DNA of 62,754 nt, the filler included. It is 4 parts of 4 records of this genome, joined end to end, with 100 filler letters (N's around TTAATTAATTAA, not from the genome) between each part and the next. Parts side by side here need not be neighbours in the genome. Positions count along the whole stretch, not along the records: positions 1 to 29,453 come from SRR31156797_15626; positions 29,554 to 50,570 come from SRR31156797_15629; 2 more parts are not named here. The stretch is one strand, 5' to 3'. The position numbers were made by a program, and so were the translations under genes. Within the stretch, counting starts at the first letter, position 1. Every line of letters begins with the position of its first letter. The notes below the pieces were generated by a model. It searched no databases. It was given only the letters and a program-made list of their open reading frames with translations, and was not told the DNA's origin. Shown here one piece after another: positions 19,858-29,554 of the stretch.

Positions 19858-22071
19858 TTATTGAATGGGGAGAGTGATTCTAAACTCAGAACCTTTATTA
19901 ACTTCGCTGATCACTTCTATTTTACCGTGGTTTAGTTCAATCATTTCCTTCGATAGGGATAAACCAAGACCAGTTCCTTTTTCCTGAGATGTTCCTGCTG
20001 TTGATAAAAATTGTTCAAGATTAAACAGCACCTTTTGTTTTTCCGGATTAATACCAACTCCAAAATCCCGAACAAAGAATTTAATGATAGAATCATCATT
20101 GGACGGAATTATTCCACATATAACCTGAGAATTAGGGTGTGAGAATTTAATGCCATTATGCATCAGGTTTCTAAATACAAACTTAAACATCTCAACATCA
20201 CCATTCATCATGAGATGGTCTTCAATTCTGTTTTCTAATTCTATATTTTTGGCTTGAGCTAAGGTTTTTAATGAGCCCATACAGTCATTAATGATGTAGT
20301 AAGGTGAGAATTTTTCTTGTTTAATGGCCAGCTGTCCTAATTGTGATTTTGCCCATGTTAATAGGTCTTCAAGAAGCTTGTAAGTTTGTTCACTTGCTTC
20401 CAGAATTCTTCTGGCAAATTCCTTAATTTCTTTAGTTGTGAAATTATCGATGTTTTTTTCCAGAAGTGTAGAAAATCCCAGGATCGCGTTAAATGGGTTT
20501 CGAATATCATGTGCAATAACCGAGAATAGCTTATCTTTTGTGTTGTTGAGTTGCTTCAGCTGCTTTTCACTGGCAATAAGTTCCTCCTCCATTTTATGGC
20601 GCTGCGTAATATCTACAATCATACCTAAAACTTCCTGAGCTTTACCTTCTCTTATTGAGATGGGAGCTGCAAATAAATCAGCCCAGAATTCAGTTCCATC
20701 GGTTCTTATAAATTTACGTTGAACATTGAAATTCTTCAGTTCTCCATTAAATAACTTTTTAAAGTTATCGTCAATGATGTCAATGGAAATGTTGGTAACA
20801 TGGTCAAAATAGGAAGTGGGAATAGTTTCACCATTATCATAACCCAGCATTCTTTTTAGCTTGGAATTAGCAAGCTCAAATTCCCCATTCTGACTAATTA
20901 CTCCTACACCCATTAGGGAGTTGTCAAAAATGGCATTTAAGCGGTTTTTCTGTTCTTCTAATGATTTTTCCGTTTCCTTTAACTTGGTAAAATCCATACC
21001 TACAGACTGGTACTCCACAATGTTACCAAAGGGATCAGTCAGAGCACGATCGATCCATTTTTGCCATTGTGTTTTTCCATTAGGTAATTTAATTTTTTGA
21101 ACGTATTCGATATTTGGGTTTGTAATGGAAAGATCGATTAAGCGCTCTTTTAATAAAATGCTTTCTTCATTACTTAGTAAATCAAAAAGGTTTGTTCCTA
21201 CAACTTGTGCCGGAGTTTTATCAAGGTAATCGGCATAATAGGAATTCACATAACTAAGTGTTCCTTGGTTATTAAATCTTCTGATTAATGCAGGTGAATC
21301 CTCTACTAAAGTAGAATATCGTTGTTCACTTTCCTGTAAAGCAATGATGTTGTTTTTGTACATTGTAATGTCATGTACATACATGCAAAACTGGTTGCTT
21401 TCAAGCGGAAAGGTTCTCATGTTAAGATGTTTGTTGATGCTGACAAAATAATGTTCAATATTTTGCTTCTCAACCAGCATATCTAAAATCTTCTTTTCGG
21501 CATTAGGAAAGTCAGGCAGAAATTGCTTCAGGGTTAATCCAACCAAACCTAAACGATTAAAAACGCCTCCGGCAATTGGATTTGATTTAATAACAATCAA
21601 ATCGTCTACTTTATCATCGATATATACAGGTTTGAATAAAATAACACCAACCGGAGCATTGTCAAACAATTCGTCTAATAAAAACTTTTCCTTGTGAAAC
21701 TGCTCTTCAAGTTCTTTTTTATAGGTGATGTCGTCCTTTACCGCTATATAGCCATTAATCCTATTATTCTTTTTAATGGGGGAAATTTTGGCTTCTTCCC
21801 ATATCAATCTTCCGGATTTTGTTTTGTTTAAGAAAACGCCTTCCCATGTGTCTCCGCTTTTAATCGTTTTCCACATATCACGGTAGAAGGAATCATCGTG
21901 ATAATCTGTTTTTAAAATCCGTGGATTCTTACCAATGACTTCGTCTCGGGTATAGCCATACTTATTCTCAAAAGCATCGTTTACGTACTTAATGTTTCCT
22001 TCAGAATCGGAAACAACAACAATATTCTCCAGCTCATTAAGTGCTAAAAGTAGTTCGTCAAATCCTAGCAT
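19858..22071 (-). CDS. Cytoplasmic multi-PAS sensor histidine kinase
   Basis: Four PAS-like segments and no obvious TM helix; H-box IAHDIRNP, N-box NLMHNGIKFS, G-boxes DFGVG and GTGLGL. Confidence 0.9.
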   Translation of the reverse strand: MLGFDELLLALNELENIVVVSDSEGNIKYVNDAFENKYGYTRDEVIGKNPRILKTDYHDDSFYRDMWKTIKSGDTWEGVFLNKTKSGRLIWEEAKISPIKKNNRINGYIAVKDDITYKKELEEQFHKEKFLLDELFDNAPVGVILFKPVYIDDKVDDLIVIKSNPIAGGVFNRLGLVGLTLKQFLPDFPNAEKKILDMLVEKQNIEHYFVSINKHLNMRTFPLESNQFCMYVHDITMYKNNIIALQESEQRYSTLVEDSPALIRRFNNQGTLSYVNSYYADYLDKTPAQVVGTNLFDLLSNEESILLKERLIDLSITNPNIEYVQKIKLPNGKTQWQKWIDRALTDPFGNIVEYQSVGMDFTKLKETEKSLEEQKNRLNAIFDNSLMGVGVISQNGEFELANSKLKRMLGYDNGETIPTSYFDHVTNISIDIIDDNFKKLFNGELKNFNVQRKFIRTDGTEFWADLFAAPISIREGKAQEVLGMIVDITQRHKMEEELIASEKQLKQLNNTKDKLFSVIAHDIRNPFNAILGFSTLLEKNIDNFTTKEIKEFARRILEASEQTYKLLEDLLTWAKSQLGQLAIKQEKFSPYYIINDCMGSLKTLAQAKNIELENRIEDHLMMNGDVEMFKFVFRNLMHNGIKFSHPNSQVICGIIPSNDDSIIKFFVRDFGVGINPEKQKVLFNLEQFLSTAGTSQEKGTGLGLSLSKEMIELNHGKIEVISEVNKGSEFRITLPIQ

Positions 22072-22239
22072 ATTCCCAATATATGGTTTAAGTATAGCCT
22101 CAGTGTTGCAATTACGTGATTTTATCGGTTTTCTGCAATGTTCATTTGTCCGATTTCCTGTAAAAACAATAAAAAGTTGAGATATTCAATTACTCTCTAC
22201 ATTTACTTACATTGTAAATTACTTACTTTGCAAAAAAAA

Positions 22240-23457
22240 ATGGCTAAGGAACGCAAACCCCATATTGGTATTTTTGGAAGGAGAAATTATGGAAAAAGCA
22301 CTTTAATAAATAAGCTGGCTGACCAGGATATCGCTATTGTTTCTGATGTTGCAGGAACCACTACGGATCCGGTAAAAAAATCCTTTGAAATTACAGGTTT
22401 TGGTCCGGTGGTATTGATTGATACAGCTGGTTTTGACGATGTTGGTGACTTGGGTAAAATGCGTATTGAAAAAACGATTAAAGCCATTAAGCAAATAGAT
22501 CTGGCAATATTGTTAGTTAGTCATAATGTACTGGATAAAGAGGAGTTGGATATTGTCAAAGAATTTAGAAATTACGAAGTGCCATTTGTCGTAATTTACA
22601 GTAAAAGTGATTTGTCTAAGCCGGGAAAAGAGATTGAAGAAAATGTAATTAAAAACGGAGCTGCTGATTTTATCATCTTTAATCGAAATGACGATGTAAA
22701 TGTTATTATTAAATCAATCAAAAAGTCAATTCCGGAATCTGCTTATGCTAATCCAAGTTTGTTAGGTGATATTGTAAAGCATGGAGATATCGTTTTATTA
22801 ATTACTCCCATTGATATAGAAGCTCCTGAAGGACGATTGATTTTGCCACAGGTACAAGCTATCAGGGATATTATAGATAATGATGCTGTTTGTATTGTGC
22901 TCAAGGAGCGAGAGGTAGATGCTTTCTTATTAAAAACAAAAATAAAACCGGCTTTGGTTATAACCGATAGTCAGGTGTTTTTGAAGGCAGATGCATCTAT
23001 TCCTAAGGATGTTCCTCTAACAAGTTTTAGTATTATGCTGGCAAGATTTAAAGGTGATTTTGCCAATTATTTACATGGTACTCCTGAAATTTCGAATTTA
23101 AAGGATGGTGATCGTGTTTTGCTGCTGGAATCCTGCACTCATCATGTATCTTGTAACGATATTGGTCGATCTAAAATACCTCGTTGGATTTCGAACTTTA
23201 CAGGAAAGCAACATGAATATGATGTAGTAGCCGGATTTGATAATCTCCCTCTCCCAATAGAAGCGTATTCGTTGGTTATTCAGTGTGGAGGATGTGTTAT
23301 TTCAAGGAAGCAGTTAATAAATCGATTAAAACCAGCTATTGATGCAGGTATACCTGTTACCAATTATGGAATGGCTATTTCTTATGTTTTAGGTATTTAT
23401 AATAGAGCTATTGCACCGTTTACCGCAATAAATGAAGATTCAGAGGATTATTTGTAG
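22240..23457 (+). CDS. hydF: [FeFe]-hydrogenase H-cluster maturation GTPase
   Basis: GRRNYGKS P-loop, GTTTDPV, DTAG, P.GRLILPQVQ, ITDSQ, LTSFSI, CTH...CGGC. Start set to ATG 22240. Confidence 0.93.
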   Translation: MAKERKPHIGIFGRRNYGKSTLINKLADQDIAIVSDVAGTTTDPVKKSFEITGFGPVVLIDTAGFDDVGDLGKMRIEKTIKAIKQIDLAILLVSHNVLDKEELDIVKEFRNYEVPFVVIYSKSDLSKPGKEIEENVIKNGAADFIIFNRNDDVNVIIKSIKKSIPESAYANPSLLGDIVKHGDIVLLITPIDIEAPEGRLILPQVQAIRDIIDNDAVCIVLKEREVDAFLLKTKIKPALVITDSQVFLKADASIPKDVPLTSFSIMLARFKGDFANYLHGTPEISNLKDGDRVLLLESCTHHVSCNDIGRSKIPRWISNFTGKQHEYDVVAGFDNLPLPIEAYSLVIQCGGCVISRKQLINRLKPAIDAGIPVTNYGMAISYVLGIYNRAIAPFTAINEDSEDYL

Positions 23458-23458
23458 T

Positions 23459-24007
23459 TTATGCTTGAAGCAGATTGATTTCGTCGAATAAGTTTGAGTC
23501 ATTTATGTCAGTGGCAGTAGACCATAAACCATGTTCAATGAGATATTTTTTTAAGATAAGAAAGTAGGTAAGAGGAAATTCATCTTTTTGCCAAATTTGC
23601 TCGTAGTTCAGCAGCCCTACGTCTTTTATAAATCGATCTAGTTCAGAGATAATCGCTTCCACAAATTCAAAAAAGTCACAACTAGCTTCGAGTTTAGTTT
23701 CTGCAGCACTTTCATCAAACATATCCTTGGAAACTGTGACTTTAATATGGATTTGTTTACCATCTAAAGTAGAAAGAATCCATCTCATGTGGCAATGCTC
23801 GCAATACCAATCAACCCAACAAACATTCTCTTCGTCCCACAGGTGATTGGGCTCATATACCATTCCCACCAAACCTTTTAGCAACTCAAACAGGGGATTA
23901 CTGACATTTGTAATCTCAAATGCAATATCTTTATCAAATACTACAAGATTGCCGCTTGCAATACCCGGTGGAGTTATTTGATAAATAAACTGAACCTGTT
24001 TACTCAT
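23459..24007 (-). CDS. Hypothetical protein (contains CEHCH)
   Basis: 182-aa ATG ORF filling the space between hydF and the aspartase gene; no family recognised with certainty. Confidence 0.7.
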   Translation of the reverse strand: MSKQVQFIYQITPPGIASGNLVVFDKDIAFEITNVSNPLFELLKGLVGMVYEPNHLWDEENVCWVDWYCEHCHMRWILSTLDGKQIHIKVTVSKDMFDESAAETKLEASCDFFEFVEAIISELDRFIKDVGLLNYEQIWQKDEFPLTYFLILKKYLIEHGLWSTATDINDSNLFDEINLLQA

Positions 24008-24070
24008 TTAGAATTATGCTAAAATATAGGTTAAAAATAAGAAAGATGTTTTAAAATCAAACACTCTATG

Positions 24071-25513
24071 TTAATTATTGTCAATAACATCCTTTAAACG
24101 GTAACCTAATTTTAATAATTGTTCGGGTTGAAGTAGTTGTTTAAGCAGATTTGTATCTACTAATTTTAGCTTATCATTTGCTTCAAGAATGGAGACATGC
24201 GAACTGTTCATTTCTTTGGCTAGTTTACTTGCATTGTGATAACCAATATAAGGAGATAGCGCAGTTGTTACAGAAGGATTCATTAATATAGATTCTTCGT
24301 CCGGCACTTTCTGGAATTGCATCTCTTTTATGAGATTATCCTTAATCGTTTTATTGCACGAAATTAAGAGTTTGATACTTTCTATTAACGCATGGCCAAT
24401 TGCAGGTAAATAAGCATTTAAGTCTAAACATCCTTGCCCGCAAAGATTACTAATTAGTAGGTCGTTGGCATAAATTTTATGAGCAGAAGAAATAACATAC
24501 TCCGGAATAACCGGGTTAACTTTACCAGGCATTATGGAGCTTCCAATTTGTTTTTTAGGCAATATAAGCTCTCTGTTCTTAAACAAGTCAGAACCCATCA
24601 AACGTAAATCAGAAACCATTTTTTCCAGATTTACTGCATGTGCCTTTAGGGTGGCATGAACTTCAACTAATGTGTCGAGGTTTGATGTGTTGTCGGATAA
24701 GTTTTCAGATCTTGTTATAGGAAGTCCGGTTAGTCTTTGAAGTTGATTCACCACTTCCATAATGAAAAAGGCTGGAATGGAAACACCCGTTCCAATGGCT
24801 CCTCCTCCTAAATTCACTTCTTTAATACGTTCAAAACATTTGCTTACACGCCACCAGTCTCGTGACAAAGCATTGTTATATCCGCTAAATAATTTGTCGT
24901 ATGAGGAAGGCACGGCAGCCTGCATTTGCGTATAAGCCTGTCTTAAAGAATTACGAGTTTTGCTTTCAATGTTTTCGAGGCTTAGCAAAAGTTCATTGAT
25001 GCTTTCGTCTAATTCTTTAAATAGATGGATAACAGCTACTTTTAGTGCTGTTGGAATAACATCATTAGTAGATTGATAGATGTTCGCATCCTCAATGGGA
25101 TCAATCATATCATAATTTCCCGGCTTTTTGTTGAGTTTGGTTAAAGCAAGGTTCGCTATTATTTCGTTAATGTTGAGGTTAATGCTTGTTCCTGCTCCAC
25201 CCTGAATGGCAGGAACGATAAAATGTTGGCTATGCTTACCTGTACTTACTTCAATAGAAGCATCAATTAATGTTTGTATGACTTCGTCAGAGATGAATTT
25301 TATTTGTTTTTCGGGATACTTTTTTAGAGTGGCTTGTTTGAACTTTAAATAGGTTTCATAACAAGCTAGTTTAACCGTACCAACCGCTTTGTACCATTCA
25401 ATATGGAAAGGTGTTTGGTCAGGAAAGTTTTGTTGTGCTCGCACAGAATTTATACCGTACAAAGCATCTTCGGGTATCTCAATGGTTCCGATAAAATCAC
25501 TCTCTCTTCGCAT
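24071..25513 (-). CDS. aspA: Aspartate ammonia-lyase/fumarase superfamily protein (hydF-associated type)
   Basis: R.ESD..G.......ALYGI...RA..NF, QGGAGTS.N, QSTNDVIPTA, GSSIMPGKVNPV. Start set to ATG 25513 because the longer ORF overlaps the upstream gene. Confidence 0.8.
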   Translation of the reverse strand: MRRESDFIGTIEIPEDALYGINSVRAQQNFPDQTPFHIEWYKAVGTVKLACYETYLKFKQATLKKYPEKQIKFISDEVIQTLIDASIEVSTGKHSQHFIVPAIQGGAGTSINLNINEIIANLALTKLNKKPGNYDMIDPIEDANIYQSTNDVIPTALKVAVIHLFKELDESINELLLSLENIESKTRNSLRQAYTQMQAAVPSSYDKLFSGYNNALSRDWWRVSKCFERIKEVNLGGGAIGTGVSIPAFFIMEVVNQLQRLTGLPITRSENLSDNTSNLDTLVEVHATLKAHAVNLEKMVSDLRLMGSDLFKNRELILPKKQIGSSIMPGKVNPVIPEYVISSAHKIYANDLLISNLCGQGCLDLNAYLPAIGHALIESIKLLISCNKTIKDNLIKEMQFQKVPDEESILMNPSVTTALSPYIGYHNASKLAKEMNSSHVSILEANDKLKLVDTNLLKQLLQPEQLLKLGYRLKDVIDNN

Positions 25514-25524
25514 AGGCCTCTTTT

Positions 25525-26688
25525 TTATTCCTGATGAACAGCATACATTTTCACATCGCTGTCGGTTATTTTTTCTGGACAAAGTATAATTAACCTTTCA
25601 ATTACATTTCTAAATTCTCTGATGTTTCCAGTCCAGTTAAGTTTCTGAAGTTCCTGAACGGCTGATTCATCTATTTGCTTTTCAGCGATGCCCAATTCAT
25701 CACAAATAACCGTAATAAAATGTGATGTCAATAAAGGAATATCTTCAACGCGATCGTTTAGCGAAGGAACATGGATTAAAATAACGCTTAATCTGTGATA
25801 TAAATCTTCTCTGAAATTATTATTCTGGATTTCTTCCTTTAAGTTTTTGTTGGTAGCGGCCAATACTCTAACATTGACTTTAATGTCTCTGTCGCTTCCA
25901 ACTCTGCTAATTACGTTTTCCTGAAGGGCACGCAAAACTTTGGCTTGTGCATTTAAACTCATGTCACCAATTTCATCCAAAAAGATAGTGCCTCCGTTGG
26001 CTTGTTCGAATTTACCTTTACGTTGCTTGTGTGCGGATGTAAAAGCTCCTTTTTCGTGACCAAATAATTCGCTCTCTATAAGTTCAGAAGGAATTGCGGC
26101 ACAGTTTACCTCAATAAATGGTTGGTCGGCACGGTTGCTTTTTTCGTGAAGCCATCTGGCTACTAATTCTTTTCCGGTACCATTTCCTCCTGTAATTAAA
26201 ACACGGGCATCGGTTGGAGCAACTTTGTCAATCATCTCCTTTACCTTTTGGATGGGTTCTGATTCACCAATCATATCGTAGGTTTTGCTCACTTTTCGTT
26301 TCAGAACTTTGGTTTCAACTACCAAATCTTTTCTTTCGTGTGCGTTGCGAATGGTAACCAATAAGCGATTTAAGTCTAATGGTTTTTCAATAAAATCATA
26401 GGCACCTTTTTTTATCGCTTCTACAGCTGTATCGATGTTTCCATGTCCGGAAATCATCACAACAGGAACATCTTTATTTTTAGATATGATTACATCCAGC
26501 ACTTCCATGCCATCCATGTTTGGCATTTTAATATCGCACAGTACAAGATCGAATTTATCTTTGTCAAAAGACTCAACTCCTTCCTGGCCGTTTTCTGCTA
26601 AAACAACTTCATGGCTTTCATATTCTAAAATGTCTTTTAAGGTATTTCTAATACTTTTCTGGTCGTCGATAACTAATATTTTAGCCAT
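25525..26688 (-). CDS. NtrC/NtrX-type response regulator (REC + AAA+, no C-terminal HTH)
   Basis: ILVIDD, DIKMP, GGNGTGKE, ESELFGHEKGAFTSA, FLDEIGD, FREDLYHRL, W.GNIRE. Confidence 0.9.
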   Translation of the reverse strand: MAKILVIDDQKSIRNTLKDILEYESHEVVLAENGQEGVESFDKDKFDLVLCDIKMPNMDGMEVLDVIISKNKDVPVVMISGHGNIDTAVEAIKKGAYDFIEKPLDLNRLLVTIRNAHERKDLVVETKVLKRKVSKTYDMIGESEPIQKVKEMIDKVAPTDARVLITGGNGTGKELVARWLHEKSNRADQPFIEVNCAAIPSELIESELFGHEKGAFTSAHKQRKGKFEQANGGTIFLDEIGDMSLNAQAKVLRALQENVISRVGSDRDIKVNVRVLAATNKNLKEEIQNNNFREDLYHRLSVILIHVPSLNDRVEDIPLLTSHFITVICDELGIAEKQIDESAVQELQKLNWTGNIREFRNVIERLIILCPEKITDSDVKMYAVHQE

Positions 26689-26695
26689 ATGAAGT

Positions 26696-27628
26696 TTATT
26701 TATTGTTGTTTAATATTTGATAAATAGCACCTTCTTTGAGTGCATAGTTGCACTGGTAAAAATGATCTAAAGTTAAATGCTCAATCATAAATTTAATAAA
26801 GATAGAAGCCAATACAATCATTTCGACCCTGTGTGGATCCATCCGTTTCATTTTAAGTCTTTCGTCAATATTACTATTGATATATTTTTGATGCAGACGA
26901 ATGAAATGCTTGGATGAAATTTGATAGCTGGTTAATTTGCTCATATCAAGATACGGATGTTCTTCAGCTGCAATCATAGCTGCAATGGTATCAAAGGAAC
27001 CCGAAGAACCAATTAAAGTTGAAATTTGATGATTCTTTAATTCATTAAAAAGCAAGCCCAGATTCTCGGAAATTAGCTTTTCAACATGGGCAACTTCTTT
27101 TTCTTGTATAGGCTCAGAAGGTTTAACCAAGTCCAGCATTCTGGCGGCTCCCAGTTCGAAACTGTGTTTCCAGATAACGCCGTTTTTATTGGCGATAATG
27201 AATTCGGTGCTTCCGCCACCAATATCCATAATAATTACTTTTTCTTCGCCGATGGGTACAACTTGTTTTACACCATCATAAATTAATTCAGCTTCTTGCG
27301 AGCCGGGGATAACATTAATATCTAAATCAAATTTATCTTTTACTGCCTTAACAAAATCACTACCATTGTTGGACGATCTAATGGCAGAAGTAGCAAAACA
27401 ATGAATAGATTCTACTTTGTAATCCTGAATTGTATTTAAATGTGTTTCAATCGCTGTTAATCCTCTTTCAAAAGCCTCGGGCGTTATTTGTTTATTGTTA
27501 ATTCCTCCTTTTCCCAGTTTTGCAGGGTATTTTGTTTCTAATAAAATGGTAAAGTTATTTTCTTTACTTACTTCAGCAATCAACAAATTAAAGGTGTTGG
27601 TTCCCAGGTCAATTATTGCAATTTGCAT
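26696..27628 (-). CDS. ppx: Ppx/GppA family exopolyphosphatase
   Basis: IIDLGTNT, ATSAIR, EAELIY.G, DIGGGSTE, LKEG. Start set to ATG 27628. Confidence 0.88.
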   Translation of the reverse strand: MQIAIIDLGTNTFNLLIAEVSKENNFTILLETKYPAKLGKGGINNKQITPEAFERGLTAIETHLNTIQDYKVESIHCFATSAIRSSNNGSDFVKAVKDKFDLDINVIPGSQEAELIYDGVKQVVPIGEEKVIIMDIGGGSTEFIIANKNGVIWKHSFELGAARMLDLVKPSEPIQEKEVAHVEKLISENLGLLFNELKNHQISTLIGSSGSFDTIAAMIAAEEHPYLDMSKLTSYQISSKHFIRLHQKYINSNIDERLKMKRMDPHRVEMIVLASIFIKFMIEHLTLDHFYQCNYALKEGAIYQILNNNK

Positions 27629-27639
27629 GTTCTGTTTTA

Positions 27640-28974
27640 TTATTTTCCGGCGTGAATAAACCACTTCCAGATTTCTTTATAATTTACTTTTTTGCCGTAC
27701 ATCAATATTCCTGTTCTGTAAACTCTGGCTGCAAACCAGGTGAAAAATATAAATGAGGCTGCTAATATAGTCATTGATAAAGCCAGTTCCCAAGCCGGTA
27801 CATCATATGGAATTCGCGACATCATTACAACAGGTGAAGTTAACGGAATCATCGAAAACCAAAAGGAAATATCTCCATGAGGATTTCTAAATACGGCCAT
27901 GGCAACGTATATAGATAAAATGAGCGGCAACATAACCGGCATAATAAATTGTTGCGTTTCAGTTTCGTTATCAATTGCTGATCCAATTGCTGCAAACAAG
28001 GATGAGTAAACCAGGTATCCACCGATGAAATAAAACAAAAAGAAGCTCAATGTTACAGGAAGATTGGCATCTTTTACCATTCCTAATATCTTATTAAAGC
28101 TATCCTCGGCCTGACTGTTTTTTGTGTCCGGTTGAATTTGCTCAGCTTGTTGATTGTCGATAGTCTGAACGATTTCAGTTGGTTTTGGAGAGCTGTAAAG
28201 AGTCGTTTTAACTACGCTGACTACTCCAATTGTCAAAATAATCCATAAGAAAAATTGTGTTAAGGCCACCATTCCAATACCAATAATCTTTCCCATCATT
28301 AACTGAAAAGGTTTTACAGATGAAATGATCACTTCGACAATGCGGTTTGTTTTTTCTTCAATGACACCACGCATTACTTGTGTGCCATACATAATCATGA
28401 TGATGTAGATTAAGAAAGCGGAAACCATCCCAATAACGATGGCAATTTCAGCACTGCTTTTCTTTTCAGTTCCATCTTCACCAAAACGAATGGATTCTAC
28501 TTTTACTTTTAGTTGGTCTAGTTCGTCAATTTTCTGATCCAGACCTTCAATGTTGTAGCTCTTCAGTTTTAACTGGCGCAGGTGATTGTTCAAGTTTCCT
28601 TTTATATTGTCAATTACATCCATGGTTATTTGTCCATGAGAGTATAATTGTACAGCTGGTTTGTTTTGGATTAAATCCTGTTCAATAACCAAAAGCGCAT
28701 CGTATATTTTAGTGACTTCCTGCTTGTCGTCATCAACTTCAGCTAGAGGCTCATATTTGATATAATCCGTACTTTTTAAAGCTTGAATATATTCTCCTGT
28801 TTGATCATCAATGGCAATCACTTTTTCGTGTGTATCTTCCTGAGTGGCCAACCAACCAGGAACTAACATCATGGCAGCAAATATTACAGGACTTAAGAGT
28901 GTCATAATGATAAAGCTCTTCTTCTTAACCCTGGTTAGATATTCACGCTGTATTATTAAAAATATCTTATTCAT
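27640..28974 (-). CDS. ABC-2 type transporter permease (NatB/YhaP-like)
   Basis: REYLTRVK, EEK.NRIVE...SSVKP..LM.GKI.G, six TM segments in the C-terminal half. Confidence 0.9.
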   Translation of the reverse strand: MNKIFLIIQREYLTRVKKKSFIIMTLLSPVIFAAMMLVPGWLATQEDTHEKVIAIDDQTGEYIQALKSTDYIKYEPLAEVDDDKQEVTKIYDALLVIEQDLIQNKPAVQLYSHGQITMDVIDNIKGNLNNHLRQLKLKSYNIEGLDQKIDELDQLKVKVESIRFGEDGTEKKSSAEIAIVIGMVSAFLIYIIMIMYGTQVMRGVIEEKTNRIVEVIISSVKPFQLMMGKIIGIGMVALTQFFLWIILTIGVVSVVKTTLYSSPKPTEIVQTIDNQQAEQIQPDTKNSQAEDSFNKILGMVKDANLPVTLSFFLFYFIGGYLVYSSLFAAIGSAIDNETETQQFIMPVMLPLILSIYVAMAVFRNPHGDISFWFSMIPLTSPVVMMSRIPYDVPAWELALSMTILAASFIFFTWFAARVYRTGILMYGKKVNYKEIWKWFIHAGK

Positions 28975-28987
28975 TTGATTCGGTTAT

Positions 28988-29452
28988 TTATCGATTGGTA
29001 TTTGCGTTTTCAACAGCTTTTATAAAAACTTCGTCCATGCTCGGAAGAATCTCTTGAAATGATCTAATCTTAAAATCAGGTAATAATATCGAAAGAAGTT
29101 GGTTGGTGTCTTCGCTGTGGCTCATTTTTATTTTAGCCATAAAACCATCGTGATGTTTCTGTATAGATTCAATTCTGTAATTAGGACTTAGTTTGTTCGT
29201 AAAGGCTTCCTGGTCTCCTGTAAAATCAATCAATACCTCGTTGTTTTTAAATGACTGTTTGATATCGAAGATATTTCCGTTTAAAATACCTTTGGATTTA
29301 TTGATAAGGCATATGTTATCACACAGCTCTTCAACAGAGCTCATATTATGTGTAGAGAATATAATGGTTGAACCTTTTTCTTTTAGTTCAAGGATTTCTT
29401 TTTTCAGGATATTAGCATTAATAGGATCGAAACCACTAAAAGGTTCATCAAA
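28988..29452 (-). CDS. ABC transporter ATP-binding protein (NatA/YhaQ-like), 5'-truncated by the linker
   Basis: The frame stays open to the gap: FDEPFSGFDPIN (Walker B/D-loop), IFSTHNM (H-loop), C-terminal PSMDEVFI. Confidence 0.88.
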   Translation of the reverse strand, partial: FDEPFSGFDPINANILKKEILELKEKGSTIIFSTHNMSSVEELCDNICLINKSKGILNGNIFDIKQSFKNNEVLIDFTGDQEAFTNKLSPNYRIESIQKHHDGFMAKIKMSHSEDTNQLLSILLPDFKIRSFQEILPSMDEVFIKAVENANTNR

Positions 29453-29453
29453 A

Positions 29454-29553
29454 NNNNNNNNNNNNNNNNNNNNNNNNNNNNNNNNNNNNNNNNNNNNTTA
29501 ATTAATTAANNNNNNNNNNNNNNNNNNNNNNNNNNNNNNNNNNNNNNNNNNNN
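29454..29553. other. Artificial contig linker
   Basis: 44 N + TTAATTAATTAA (stop codons in all six frames) + 44 N. Confidence 0.98.
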
Positions 29554-29554
29554 T

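Noticed and set aside
22138..22239. N-terminal extension of HydF in the ORF track
   Set aside because: No homology-like content; ATG 22240 follows a promoter-like TTACTTTG and an A-run.
25514..25582. Cys-rich N-terminal extension of the aspartase
   Set aside because: It overlaps the upstream gene; family similarity begins at MRRESD (25513).
29498..29509. TTAATTAATTAA as a biological repeat or att site
   Set aside because: Identical in all three N-flanked gaps; it is a synthetic six-frame stop linker.
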